DNA from: a virus
IMG/VR virus record: IMGVR_UViG_3300032220_000872
Coordinates: 1 to 64,000 of that record
DNA length: 64,000 bases
Direction: 5' to 3' (one strand)
A program made the translations under genes and the position numbers. Positions 1 through 7,462 of this stretch are shown here, in pieces (the stretch's first letter is position 1; each line of letters starts with the position of its first letter). The notes beneath the pieces are model-generated. The model was not told where the DNA came from and did not search any database. It was given only the letters and a program-made list of their open reading frames with translations.

Positions 1-305
1 AGATACTGTCTCAGGATGGTCATTTCTGAGTTGGTGGCTTTCTGTTTGAAATTCAGTTTAAAATTAGTGTCGTTTTGTTTGTTCAATTGCGAACAAAATT
101 CAGCCAGTATGTCCAAAGCAGCATTCACTTCAGAATCCATGTCCATGGTGTTGTATTGACCATATCTCTCCACTCTGTTGGGAGATCCTGAATACACATC
201 AGGCAGATAGGAACTGTAGTTGGTCTTGGCTGGTCCTGCCAAACGTCCTGTGCGAGTGTAGATCTCGTTGTCACTTACCTGATTAAAATATCTTTTCCAG
301 CTCAT
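1..305 (-). CDS. Portal vertex protein (T4 gp20-like), 5' part; runs off the window edge
   Basis: Missing from the ORF track. Reading minus from ATG at 305 gives MSWKRYFNQVSDNEIYTRTGRLAGPAKTNYSSYLPDVYSGSPNRVERYGQYNTMDMDSEVNAALDILAEFCSQ. The Y..M..D.EV..A.D motif is typical of gp20-type portal N-termini. The start overlaps the upstream stop (TAATG). Confidence 0.75.
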   Translation of the reverse strand, partial: MSWKRYFNQVSDNEIYTRTGRLAGPAKTNYSSYLPDVYSGSPNRVERYGQYNTMDMDSEVNAALDILAEFCSQLNKQNDTNFKLNFKQKATNSEMTILRQY

Positions 306-2470
306 TATGTTAATTCTTCTGTGTTTTCAGCAGTTCGTTTTTGATATCTTTTGCCTGTTTGTAATTCATCTAACACTGCTCTCATAGTCATATTTAACTC
401 GTCCAGCTTGTCACTAGAACTTTTGCCAGAAGCACTGATGCTTTTTGTCATGTTGTTGTTTAATCCTGCAAAAGATTCGCTCAATCCGTTCAATGCTGTA
501 GTATAGCTGTCTATTTTGTCTTTGTCAAGAGAATCCAGTGTGGCATTGATATTTTTGGCTAATGATTCACCGCCACCACCAAACAGCTTGCCAAAACCAG
601 CAGCAATGCCGCTCACACCAAAATTGGCCATGGCGCCACTTAGGGCCATTGCTCCTGATGCAACACTTTTCAAATTCTGCCCGTCGATGGAGTTAAATTT
701 TTGCATGTCATCGGCAAATTTGCCAAATGCTCCACCCATTAACCATGCTGCTCCTGCTATGCCTGCTCCTATTAATGCAATGGCTGTGCCCAATCCTGCT
801 GCTCCTAATAACACCGCGGGATTGGCAAATGCTGTCAATCCTGATGCAAATCCTTTTAAACCAGCACCCAATCCTCCACCAGATTTACCGATGCCTTCCA
901 ATACTTTACTGCCACCACCACCACCGCCTGTTGTTGTGCCACCACCACCTGTGAAAAAATTCTTAACTCCTCCTACCATGCCGCGTCCCACTGAAATCGC
1001 TTTCAAAGCCACTCCTGCTGCTACGGCTGCTCCTGCTAACCCAATCAGCACTTTGCCAACACCTTCTGACTTGCTGATCATATTAGCTAAAGCACCAACC
1101 ACGCTGGTCAAATATGAAGCAACTGCTGTCACTCCTTCTAGGAATGGTGCAAACAAGGCAATTAAACTGTTGGTGAGTTTGGTCATTTGACTGCTGAAGT
1201 CTGCCACTGACTTGCTGCCAGTTTGAGATGCTTGCATTTGAGCTTTTTCTGCTTCAGCTCTGGCATCAGCAAATTTTCCAAATTGAGCTAACTCTGCTCC
1301 CACAGTGAGAATTTCATTGCCCATGTAACCTATCAAGGCATTGTTGGCTCCCATGGCTGCTCCTTGCTCCTTGGCTCGGATGGCTGCTCTTTGTAATGCT
1401 TGAGAAAATTCTTCTTGAGAGACAGAACCATCTCGTAATCCTCTGGCCATGTTGCCTAGATTGGAATCCACCAACAGCAAACCTTTGGCAGTGTCGCTGA
1501 TAGGAGCACCACCGGTAATCACCAATTCCTTCACAGCATCTGCAATTTGTGGGCTGGTCTTGTTGATACTGGCCAACATGCCTCCCAGTTGAGCTTGTAG
1601 CTCTGCAGGCATGCTCATCATCAAACTTCTTAAATTTCTATCTTTCTGTTGAGCTTTCAATGCTTCTGATGCTTCTTTGCGACTCATGCCAGTCACACGA
1701 GCCAATAGATCCAATTCTTGAATATAATTTTTTGTGCCTTCCACCAAGTCTTCATTGCTCATCTCTTGAGCTCTGCCTAATCCTGTTTGTATTTCAAGAT
1801 AGTCAGTCATCAGATCGTTGGTTTCGCTCATGCTCAAACCCAATCTGCTGAATGTGGGTTGTAAATCTCTTTGGATCACTCGACTCATGCTTTGGAATCT
1901 TCTCACACCTGCTATGGTGCTGCCACCCAACAGTGCAAATGTGCCTGCATTGGATTCCACTTGACCTTTGAATTCTTCCAGACTCAATCCTGCATCGATA
2001 GCAGCATATCTGGACGCAAATATACTGTCGCCAAAGTCAGCACCCACCATGCTGAGCTGTCTGAATCGCACAATCTGTAAATCCAGTTCATCCACCAATC
2101 TCTGTAAACCTTGAGCCAACAGTGCATATCCAAAACCCATCTGACTGATATAACCTGTGAGACTGGAAGTGAAATCACCAAACTTGTCTGTGCCTTTGAT
2201 GATGTTGACGCTGAAATCTTGAATGGCTTCTCTGGCTGCGTTGTGTTTGACTTTGAAGTCGTTGAATGCTTTGGTGGCACCTTTGGTTTCTTTGGTGAGT
2301 TCGCCGAGAGTTTTGGGTGCTTGTTTGCCCAAATTTTGAGCAGCAGCTCCTGCAGCAGTGCCAGCTCCACCCAGTGCTTTCACCAGCTGTTGCAGTGTGG
2401 CTTCCGTGGCAGCACCTTTCAGTATAGCACCATCCAGTTCACCGCCGCCTTCTATGCGCACTTCTGCCAT
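305..2470 (-). CDS. Tape-measure-like tail protein (721 aa)
   Basis: Long Ala/Gly/Leu-rich helical protein with a hydrophobic Gly/Ala-rich C-terminal segment. It lies next to the hub/chaperone gene and is preceded by a minus-strand TATAAATA box (2541-2548). Confidence 0.65.
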   Translation of the reverse strand: MAEVRIEGGGELDGAILKGAATEATLQQLVKALGGAGTAAGAAAQNLGKQAPKTLGELTKETKGATKAFNDFKVKHNAAREAIQDFSVNIIKGTDKFGDFTSSLTGYISQMGFGYALLAQGLQRLVDELDLQIVRFRQLSMVGADFGDSIFASRYAAIDAGLSLEEFKGQVESNAGTFALLGGSTIAGVRRFQSMSRVIQRDLQPTFSRLGLSMSETNDLMTDYLEIQTGLGRAQEMSNEDLVEGTKNYIQELDLLARVTGMSRKEASEALKAQQKDRNLRSLMMSMPAELQAQLGGMLASINKTSPQIADAVKELVITGGAPISDTAKGLLLVDSNLGNMARGLRDGSVSQEEFSQALQRAAIRAKEQGAAMGANNALIGYMGNEILTVGAELAQFGKFADARAEAEKAQMQASQTGSKSVADFSSQMTKLTNSLIALFAPFLEGVTAVASYLTSVVGALANMISKSEGVGKVLIGLAGAAVAAGVALKAISVGRGMVGGVKNFFTGGGGTTTGGGGGGSKVLEGIGKSGGGLGAGLKGFASGLTAFANPAVLLGAAGLGTAIALIGAGIAGAAWLMGGAFGKFADDMQKFNSIDGQNLKSVASGAMALSGAMANFGVSGIAAGFGKLFGGGGESLAKNINATLDSLDKDKIDSYTTALNGLSESFAGLNNNMTKSISASGKSSSDKLDELNMTMRAVLDELQTGKRYQKRTAENTEELT

Positions 2471-2472
2471 TA

Positions 2473-2548
2473 ATTAAATACCCAGTTAATTCCGACTATA
2501 AATATACACACATTATACAAGAGTGTGTGAATCACACACTTATTTATA
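2473..2548. promoter_or_regulatory. Face-to-face pair of late promoters with a central palindrome and an upstream ATTAA-N8-TTAAT site
   Basis: TATAAATA on + at 2497-2504 and on - at 2541-2548. Perfect inverted repeat AGTGTGTGA-A-TCACACACT at 2522-2540. ATTAA-atacccag-TTAAT at 2473-2490. Confidence 0.7.
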
Positions 2549-2559
2549 CGGAGGTAATA

Positions 2560-3426
2560 ATGCCAGAAAATCAAGTCAAACAGGGTGCAAATCCTTTACA
2601 GAAGTATTTTAGACAGCCCAAGAATTATGTGCGATTGCCCAGCAGAGGCAAATATTACCCCGCGGGCGCTTTGGATTTACCAGTCACAGGAGAACTGCCT
2701 GTGTATGCCATGACAGCCAAGGACGAATTGACTTTTAAAACTCCAGATGCACTGATGAATGGTCAGGCCACAGTGGATGTGATACAAAGCTGTGTGCCCA
2801 ATATCAAAAATGCTTGGCTCATGCCCAGCATAGACTTGGATGCTGTGCTGATTGCCATTCGTGTTGCCACCTACGGTGAAAGCATGGATGTCAGCATCAC
2901 TGTGCCCAATACCACCATCAAGCGAGACTACAGCATGGATCTGCGCAGAGCATTGGATGATCTGATGTTGGGAAAATTTTCGGACTCGTTGATGATTGGC
3001 TCAATGAAAGTGAACATACGCCCAATCAATTACAAAGAATTCACTGACGGTGCTGTGAAAACATTTGAAGAACAAAGAATTTACAATGTGGTCAACGACA
3101 ACAAGATTGATGATCAAACCAAACTGGACATGTTTCATCAGAGTTTTAGAAAGCTCACTGACATCACAATCAGCATGGTGAGCAACAGCGTGGTCAGCAT
3201 CGAAGTGGATGGGGAAACAGTGACTGATTCCAATCACATCCGAGAATTCATTGCCAATGCAGACAAAAATTTCTATTCCGCAGTGATGGAACACGTGACC
3301 AAACAGCGTGAATCTTTCAGCATCAAACCCATTAGAGTCACCAGCACACCCGACGACATCAAAGCGGGTGCACCTGCCACTTTTGAAGTGCCTGTGACAT
3401 TTGATCAATCAAATTTTTTCGCATAA
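2560..3426 (+). CDS. Baseplate hub assembly protein / tail assembly chaperone (T4 gp26-like)
   Basis: NPL..YFRQP..Y..LPS.G..Y, MTAKDE..., D.D..LIAIR.A.YGE and a C-terminal NFF are features of gp26-like proteins. GGAGG SD precedes ATG 2560, the likely true start rather than 2527. Confidence 0.7.
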   Translation: MPENQVKQGANPLQKYFRQPKNYVRLPSRGKYYPAGALDLPVTGELPVYAMTAKDELTFKTPDALMNGQATVDVIQSCVPNIKNAWLMPSIDLDAVLIAIRVATYGESMDVSITVPNTTIKRDYSMDLRRALDDLMLGKFSDSLMIGSMKVNIRPINYKEFTDGAVKTFEEQRIYNVVNDNKIDDQTKLDMFHQSFRKLTDITISMVSNSVVSIEVDGETVTDSNHIREFIANADKNFYSAVMEHVTKQRESFSIKPIRVTSTPDDIKAGAPATFEVPVTFDQSNFFA

Positions 3427-3650
3427 AAATCTTACCTCGCTCTCTGCCGGATATTCTGAAAGAAGTCCGGGACATGGAGGGTGAAACCAAAAATTTCAAG
3501 ATGGATCTGTTCAAAATGTGCTGGTACATGCGCGGCAGCATGACAGTGGAAGAGGCATTCATCACCACAGCGGAAGATCGTGAGATCATCAGTCGTATCA
3601 TCAAAGAAAACCTGGAAACTGCCAAAAAAACTGGTTTGCCATTCTTTTAA
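3420..3650 (+). CDS. Small hub-assembly/chaperone ORF, probably made as a -1 frameshift extension of the upstream gene (own ATG at 3474)
   Basis: The -1 frame is open from the slippery run (T TTT TTC, 3414-3420): RIKILPRSLPDILKEVRDMEGETKNFKMDLFKMCWYMRGSMTVEEAFITTAEDREIISRIIKENLETAKKTGLPFF*. There is no clear SD before ATG 3474. Confidence 0.6.
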   Translation, partial: RIKILPRSLPDILKEVRDMEGETKNFKMDLFKMCWYMRGSMTVEEAFITTAEDREIISRIIKENLETAKKTGLPFF

Positions 3651-3721
3651 TCGCCCAGCACGGCATCTAAAACCAAATAATATATTTTAATCACCACACT
3701 GTGACATTAAATAATCTTACG

Positions 3722-4297
3722 ATGAGAGTGTTTACACAGTCAAACGTGAATCACACCATACCGGACGGGGACATTTGGTTGCCCTGTATCACCACTGAAT
3801 CTGTGGCACATGATCCTGCTGTGGCTCAGCCACTGCTGATCACACACATCGCTGCCATACAACACTATCAACATTCACTCACAGAATTATTGAATCAACC
3901 CATACAATGTGTGGGACGTCACACAGCAGAACGCCTGCGTGACTGTGGATTCCGTCACATACGCTGCAGACTGAGAGCTGCGGATGTGATGATCAGTGGC
4001 CACACCACGTGGTTGCGTGGCTGCCACTACGCCCGAAATTTTTCACTGTATCCAGAAGTCACTGAGATTCAAACCTATCGCAGCACACTGAATCTGCACA
4101 ACATTGAAAAATTATTGCGGGAGAATCCTCACAGCATCCATGTGTACAGTGCTGCTGTGTTGCAAGCATTGGAAACTCGTGCATGGCCTCACACTGAGTT
4201 GTACACAGTGCCATCGGCACCTGCCGCCGAAAATTTATGGCGCACTGTGCATGAGTTTGATCCTAGCGATGCCCACAATCAACTGATCACACACTGA
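3722..4297 (+). CDS. Uroporphyrinogen-III synthase (HemD)-like protein
   Basis: HemD-like motifs appear in the expected order: LP.I.T, LLITH..AI (cf. IFTS.NAV), CVGRHTAERLRDCGF (cf. AVG..TA..L...GF), WLRG, QTYRS, VYS. TAAATA lies 8 nt before ATG 3722. Confidence 0.55.
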   Translation: MRVFTQSNVNHTIPDGDIWLPCITTESVAHDPAVAQPLLITHIAAIQHYQHSLTELLNQPIQCVGRHTAERLRDCGFRHIRCRLRAADVMISGHTTWLRGCHYARNFSLYPEVTEIQTYRSTLNLHNIEKLLRENPHSIHVYSAAVLQALETRAWPHTELYTVPSAPAAENLWRTVHEFDPSDAHNQLITH

Positions 4298-4307
4298 AAG
4301 CACTGAT

Positions 4308-4376
4308 ATGGAAATAATTTTGGGAATTTTTGTGATTGCGATGGCTGCTTACATAATATTCAGAAACGAAGATTAA
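4308..4376 (+). CDS. Putative 22-aa single-pass membrane peptide
   Basis: MEIILGIFVIAMAAYIIFRNED*: a hydrophobic core with a charged tail. Below the ORF-track size cutoff. Confidence 0.45.
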   Translation: MEIILGIFVIAMAAYIIFRNED

Positions 4377-4394
4377 CCCACAGAGGACAACACC

Positions 4395-4514
4395 ATGATA
4401 GAACATATACTGACCATATCTACCTTGTTGCTGATCATAGCAGTGGCCTTGCATATTGTGGACTCCGACACTGATAAAACCACAAACAGAAAAGATCAAT
4501 CTCGTATCAAGTAG
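4395..4514 (+). CDS. Putative 39-aa membrane peptide
   Basis: GAGGA SD, then MIEHILTISTLLLIIAVALHIVDSDTDKTTNRKDQSRIK*: one TM helix plus a charged tail. Confidence 0.5.
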   Translation: MIEHILTISTLLLIIAVALHIVDSDTDKTTNRKDQSRIK

Positions 4515-4874
4515 TGGACGAACCCGTTCGTCCAAGTGATCGCTGCGCTCTCACTGTTTGAATCAATCAAGTTGCGAAGCAACTGCTCGCTCATACAGAT
4601 AGTGGATCCATACTTCTCCCAGAATCGGGAGAAGTGGTGACGTCATACGAGATGAGCACGCCATCTTGAACAGCCATTTCACTGCGGGGCGGTAGCCCTA
4701 TACCCCTCTTGGCTGACTTCATTGCTACGGAACACGGGATCAGCGGTTCAAGCCACTGATCTGTGTGGGTGTTGTGTCTTTTTCACAGAGCACCATCCTT
4801 TTTGCCTCCAGTGCAACTCAGGATTCACTTTCCCTTGCGGGCGCATTTCCTGGATCTCACGATCACCATTGTTG
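4515..4874 (-). ncRNA. Candidate ~360-nt structured non-coding RNA of unrecognised family
   Basis: No credible ORF. GC- and CpG-rich compared with the genome. At least 8 stems, including GNRA-capped hairpins on the minus strand (GAUC-GUGA-GAUC, CCC-GCAA-GGG), ACTTCTCCC/GGGAGAAGT, CAGCCA/TGGCTG and a terminal TGGACGAA/TTCGTCCA hairpin. Confidence 0.6.
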
Positions 4875-5309
4875 CTATGATTTTGCCTTGAGCCTTTTTA
4901 ATTCTTCTCTCAGTAAATTGCTGCCGCCTATGCGTACATTGATGATGCCATTGTAGTATTCATCTGATTCCAACACTCCACGTTCAAACTGTTCCAAAGC
5001 CTCCAAATAGCCCATCACGCCTCGGCTGCGACAAATGTACAGTATTTCTCGGGTGAATTGATCCTGGCCCAAACGCTGCACATCCATCATCAACACATCG
5101 TTGCTGCCCCAATAGTCTCTCCAGTCACTCTCCACCAGACTGCGACGTCTGTTGGTGCGACCTTTCAAAGGTGGACGTGATTTTTTGAACTGTGCCAATT
5201 TTTTGCCCACGTACTTGCGACCTGTTTGAAGATTGGTGATGAGATACACAAATCCCACTGTGCCTTCCGGCAGAGAATCTATGGCTTGACCTTGATACAT
5301 CCATGGCAT
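4875..5309 (-). CDS. Stand-alone GIY-YIG family endonuclease (144 aa; type widespread in T4-like phages)
   Basis: GFVYLITN...RKYVGKK, ESDW..YWGS, F.REIL, E..EQF and YYN match the GIY-YIG catalytic motif order. TAAGTA lies 5 nt upstream of the ATG. Confidence 0.8.
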   Translation of the reverse strand: MPWMYQGQAIDSLPEGTVGFVYLITNLQTGRKYVGKKLAQFKKSRPPLKGRTNRRRSLVESDWRDYWGSNDVLMMDVQRLGQDQFTREILYICRSRGVMGYLEALEQFERGVLESDEYYNGIINVRIGGSNLLREELKRLKAKS

Positions 5310-5361
5310 GCAGCTACTTACATGAGTGAGATTTCATTAGGCAGAGTCTTGGATCTTTGTG

Positions 5362-5395
5362 ATATTTTGGTAGTGAATGAAATATTTTGGTAGTG
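5362..5395. repeat. 14-bp direct repeat, two copies 20 bp apart
   Basis: ATATTTTGGTAGTG at 5362-5375 and 5382-5395, in the intergenic region upstream of the GIY-YIG gene. Confidence 0.8.
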
Positions 5396-5474
5396 TGAGA
5401 AGTCAAAAAATTTTTTGTGCCGCAGCTTTGTACTTCGTACAAACTGTAGCGTCTGCCGCAGCGGCTGCGCCGTG

Positions 5475-5675
5475 CTACTGGCTGCGATTCTTCTCTTTGT
5501 GCTGTTTGTATTCGCGAGCAATCTCCGCTCGGCGTGTGCGACTGAGTTTGCGTATCTCACTCAGCCATTTGCGTGAATGTATTTTGCTTTGACGACTGGG
5601 TCTTTTGGCAAACTTTTCATTGTATTTGAAATAGTTCATGTAGGCTTTGGTCAACTGATCATGTGTGTCATCCAT
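5475..5675 (-). CDS. Small basic DNA-binding protein, Hc1/histone-H1-like (66 aa)
   Basis: Basic helical pattern Y...NEKF......SRKWLSEIRKLSRTRRAEI resembles phage/bacterial Hc1-like proteins. GGAG SD; follows gp46. Confidence 0.45.
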   Translation of the reverse strand: MDDTHDQLTKAYMNYFKYNEKFAKRPSRQSKIHSRKWLSEIRKLSRTRRAEIAREYKQHKEKNRSQ

Positions 5676-5683
5676 AAATGCTC

Positions 5684-7462
5684 CTAGATTTCATGCACTT
5701 CCATAGCATTGCTGTAGGAAGTGAATCCATTCTCTTTGATCACTTTCAATGTGTTGTTCACTCTACCCATCAATTCATCTTTGTGACTGATCAAATATAT
5801 GCTCTTGCCACGCTCTCTGCTCATGCGTTTCAATATGGCCAAGGATGATTCCACACCTGCTGTGTCCAAACCAGAATCTATCAATTCATCTATGAACAAC
5901 AGGTTGATATCCTGATACAAACTCTCCCAAACATCGCGGAAAGCAAAGCTCAATCCTAATATCAATCTATTACGCTCACCTCTGCTGAGATTGTCAAAGT
6001 CCAAATCCTGACCCAATAGAGTGATTTCCACACTCAAATCGTTTTTGAATGTGACTGTGTGTGGCAAGCCCAGTGCTGTGAGATAGTGTGTTAATCTGTT
6101 GTTTAAGAATGCCAAGTTTTGATCTATGATCTTCTTTCTTATGAAACTGTCTTTGTTGGTCAACAGTTTTAATAAAAATTCTTGATGATCTTTGAATGTT
6201 TGCAAACGATTCACTTCGCTCCAATCCAATTCTTGCAGTGCTTCTGTGCTCAATTCCGTGATTTGATCCACATAAGGATTCTGTTCTGCTTTTTTGTTTT
6301 TTAAAGTGCTTTTGTAAGTTTCCAAATACTGTCTGTGTTCATAGGCTTCTTTGACGGTGTTGTAAAATGTTTCAGGACGCTGTGCTTGTGTGCCCAGCAG
6401 TTTGATTGCTTCTTCTATCACAGCAATTTCATCCACAATGCTCATGCTGTAATTCACAGCATCACCATATTCTTCTTCCAGTTTGCGTTGTATTTCACAA
6501 AATTTATCATTGTGTAATTCTTGACCACAAGCATAACAAGTGGCTTTGTCATGCAGTTTGTCCAGATCCTGTCCCACTTTGTTCACAGTTTTGTCTGATT
6601 GCAACAGTGTCATTTCCAAACTGTTCTTGTCTTTTTGTAATTGTTTCAGTTCATTGCTGAATTTGGTCCATTCTTCCAACTGTTGATGTGCTTCCAGTTC
6701 TTGTTCAATATTAACTGCTTCCAACTCTGTGATGGACTTTTTAAGTTTTTCAATGTCTAAATTCTTTTGTGTGTTCCAAATTTTTTCTTTGTTGCTCAAT
6801 GAATTGATGGTTTCTTTGATCTTCTCATTGCTCATTTTGAGACCTTCCAAACGAGCATTTTCCATGGCCATGTCTTCTTTGCTGATTCTAATTTTGTCTT
6901 TGAGCAATTCTGCCTTCTCGCTCAGCAGTGTTATGCCCAGCAATTGTTCAATGATGTCTTTTTGTTCATTGGCACTCATGCTTAAAAACGGTTCAGTGTA
7001 AGTGTTCAATGCCAATATGTGTTTGAACATGGAATGTGACAATCCCAACATGTGATTGATAGCAGCCTGAGTCATACGACTGTCTCCTTGACTCTCATCT
7101 GTGATCTCTTGTTCAGAGTCATTGATAAAGTATCTCAAAGTATTAGGGCGTCTTCCCCTCTCAATACGATATTTCACACCATCTTTTTCAAAAGTTAATG
7201 TGACCAACATGTTTTTGTTGTTGGTTTTATTGACCAAATTTTCTCTGCGTATTTTTGTCAGTGCTTCTCCAAACAAACCATAACTCAATGCATTGATCAG
7301 TGTGGTTTTACCAGTGCCGTTTCTGCTGCCAGCATCATCTCCACCTTGATCCAAATTTTCTCCCAACACCAATGTGAGTCTTTGATTGTCAAAATCCACT
7401 CCTTGAGTTTGATTGCCCACACTCATGAAATTTTTAACTGTTAGACTCTTGATTTTTATCAT
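5684..7462 (-). CDS. gp46: Recombination exonuclease ATPase subunit (T4 gp46 / Rad50-SbcC-like)
   Basis: KNFMS, Walker A GSRNGTGKTT, coiled coil with zinc hook CYAC, signature LSRGE, Walker B LLFIDE, H-loop ISH. Confidence 0.93.
   Translation of the reverse strand: MIKIKSLTVKNFMSVGNQTQGVDFDNQRLTLVLGENLDQGGDDAGSRNGTGKTTLINALSYGLFGEALTKIRRENLVNKTNNKNMLVTLTFEKDGVKYRIERGRRPNTLRYFINDSEQEITDESQGDSRMTQAAINHMLGLSHSMFKHILALNTYTEPFLSMSANEQKDIIEQLLGITLLSEKAELLKDKIRISKEDMAMENARLEGLKMSNEKIKETINSLSNKEKIWNTQKNLDIEKLKKSITELEAVNIEQELEAHQQLEEWTKFSNELKQLQKDKNSLEMTLLQSDKTVNKVGQDLDKLHDKATCYACGQELHNDKFCEIQRKLEEEYGDAVNYSMSIVDEIAVIEEAIKLLGTQAQRPETFYNTVKEAYEHRQYLETYKSTLKNKKAEQNPYVDQITELSTEALQELDWSEVNRLQTFKDHQEFLLKLLTNKDSFIRKKIIDQNLAFLNNRLTHYLTALGLPHTVTFKNDLSVEITLLGQDLDFDNLSRGERNRLILGLSFAFRDVWESLYQDINLLFIDELIDSGLDTAGVESSLAILKRMSRERGKSIYLISHKDELMGRVNNTLKVIKENGFTSYSNAMEVHEI

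Noticed and set aside
516-2473. Antisense ORFs over the tape-measure gene, and similar ones over fibre, baseplate and radical SAM genes
   Set aside because: Shadow frames produced by codon bias of the real genes on the opposite strand.
2526-2536. CRP site (TGTGA...TCACA)
   Set aside because: The half-sites are 1 bp apart rather than the required 6 bp.
4515-4874. Known RNA classes (tmRNA, RNase P RNA, tRNA, group I/II intron)
   Set aside because: No GGGGC.../...CCACCA tmRNA ends, no GAGGAAAGUCC RNase P core, no cloverleaf, no group II domain V, and no interrupted host gene for an intron.
4765-4956. 63-aa plus-strand ORF and 82-aa minus ORF (4287-4535) across the structured region
   Set aside because: No SD or promoter, atypical composition, and they overlap better-supported features.
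4875-5309. Mobile homing endonuclease (Seg-type) insertion
   Set aside because: It has no C-terminal NUMOD/HTH DNA-binding domains and does not interrupt a gene; it resembles the conserved stand-alone family instead. Mobility cannot be fully excluded.
5362-5395. Mini-CRISPR array
   Set aside because: Only two 14-bp repeats with a 6-bp gap; far too short for repeat-spacer units, and there are no cas genes.
5318-5592. 80-aa and 71-aa ORFs in the gap upstream of the GIY-YIG gene
   Set aside because: They overlap the Hc1-like gene and a region of hairpins and repeats, and have no recognisable motifs.
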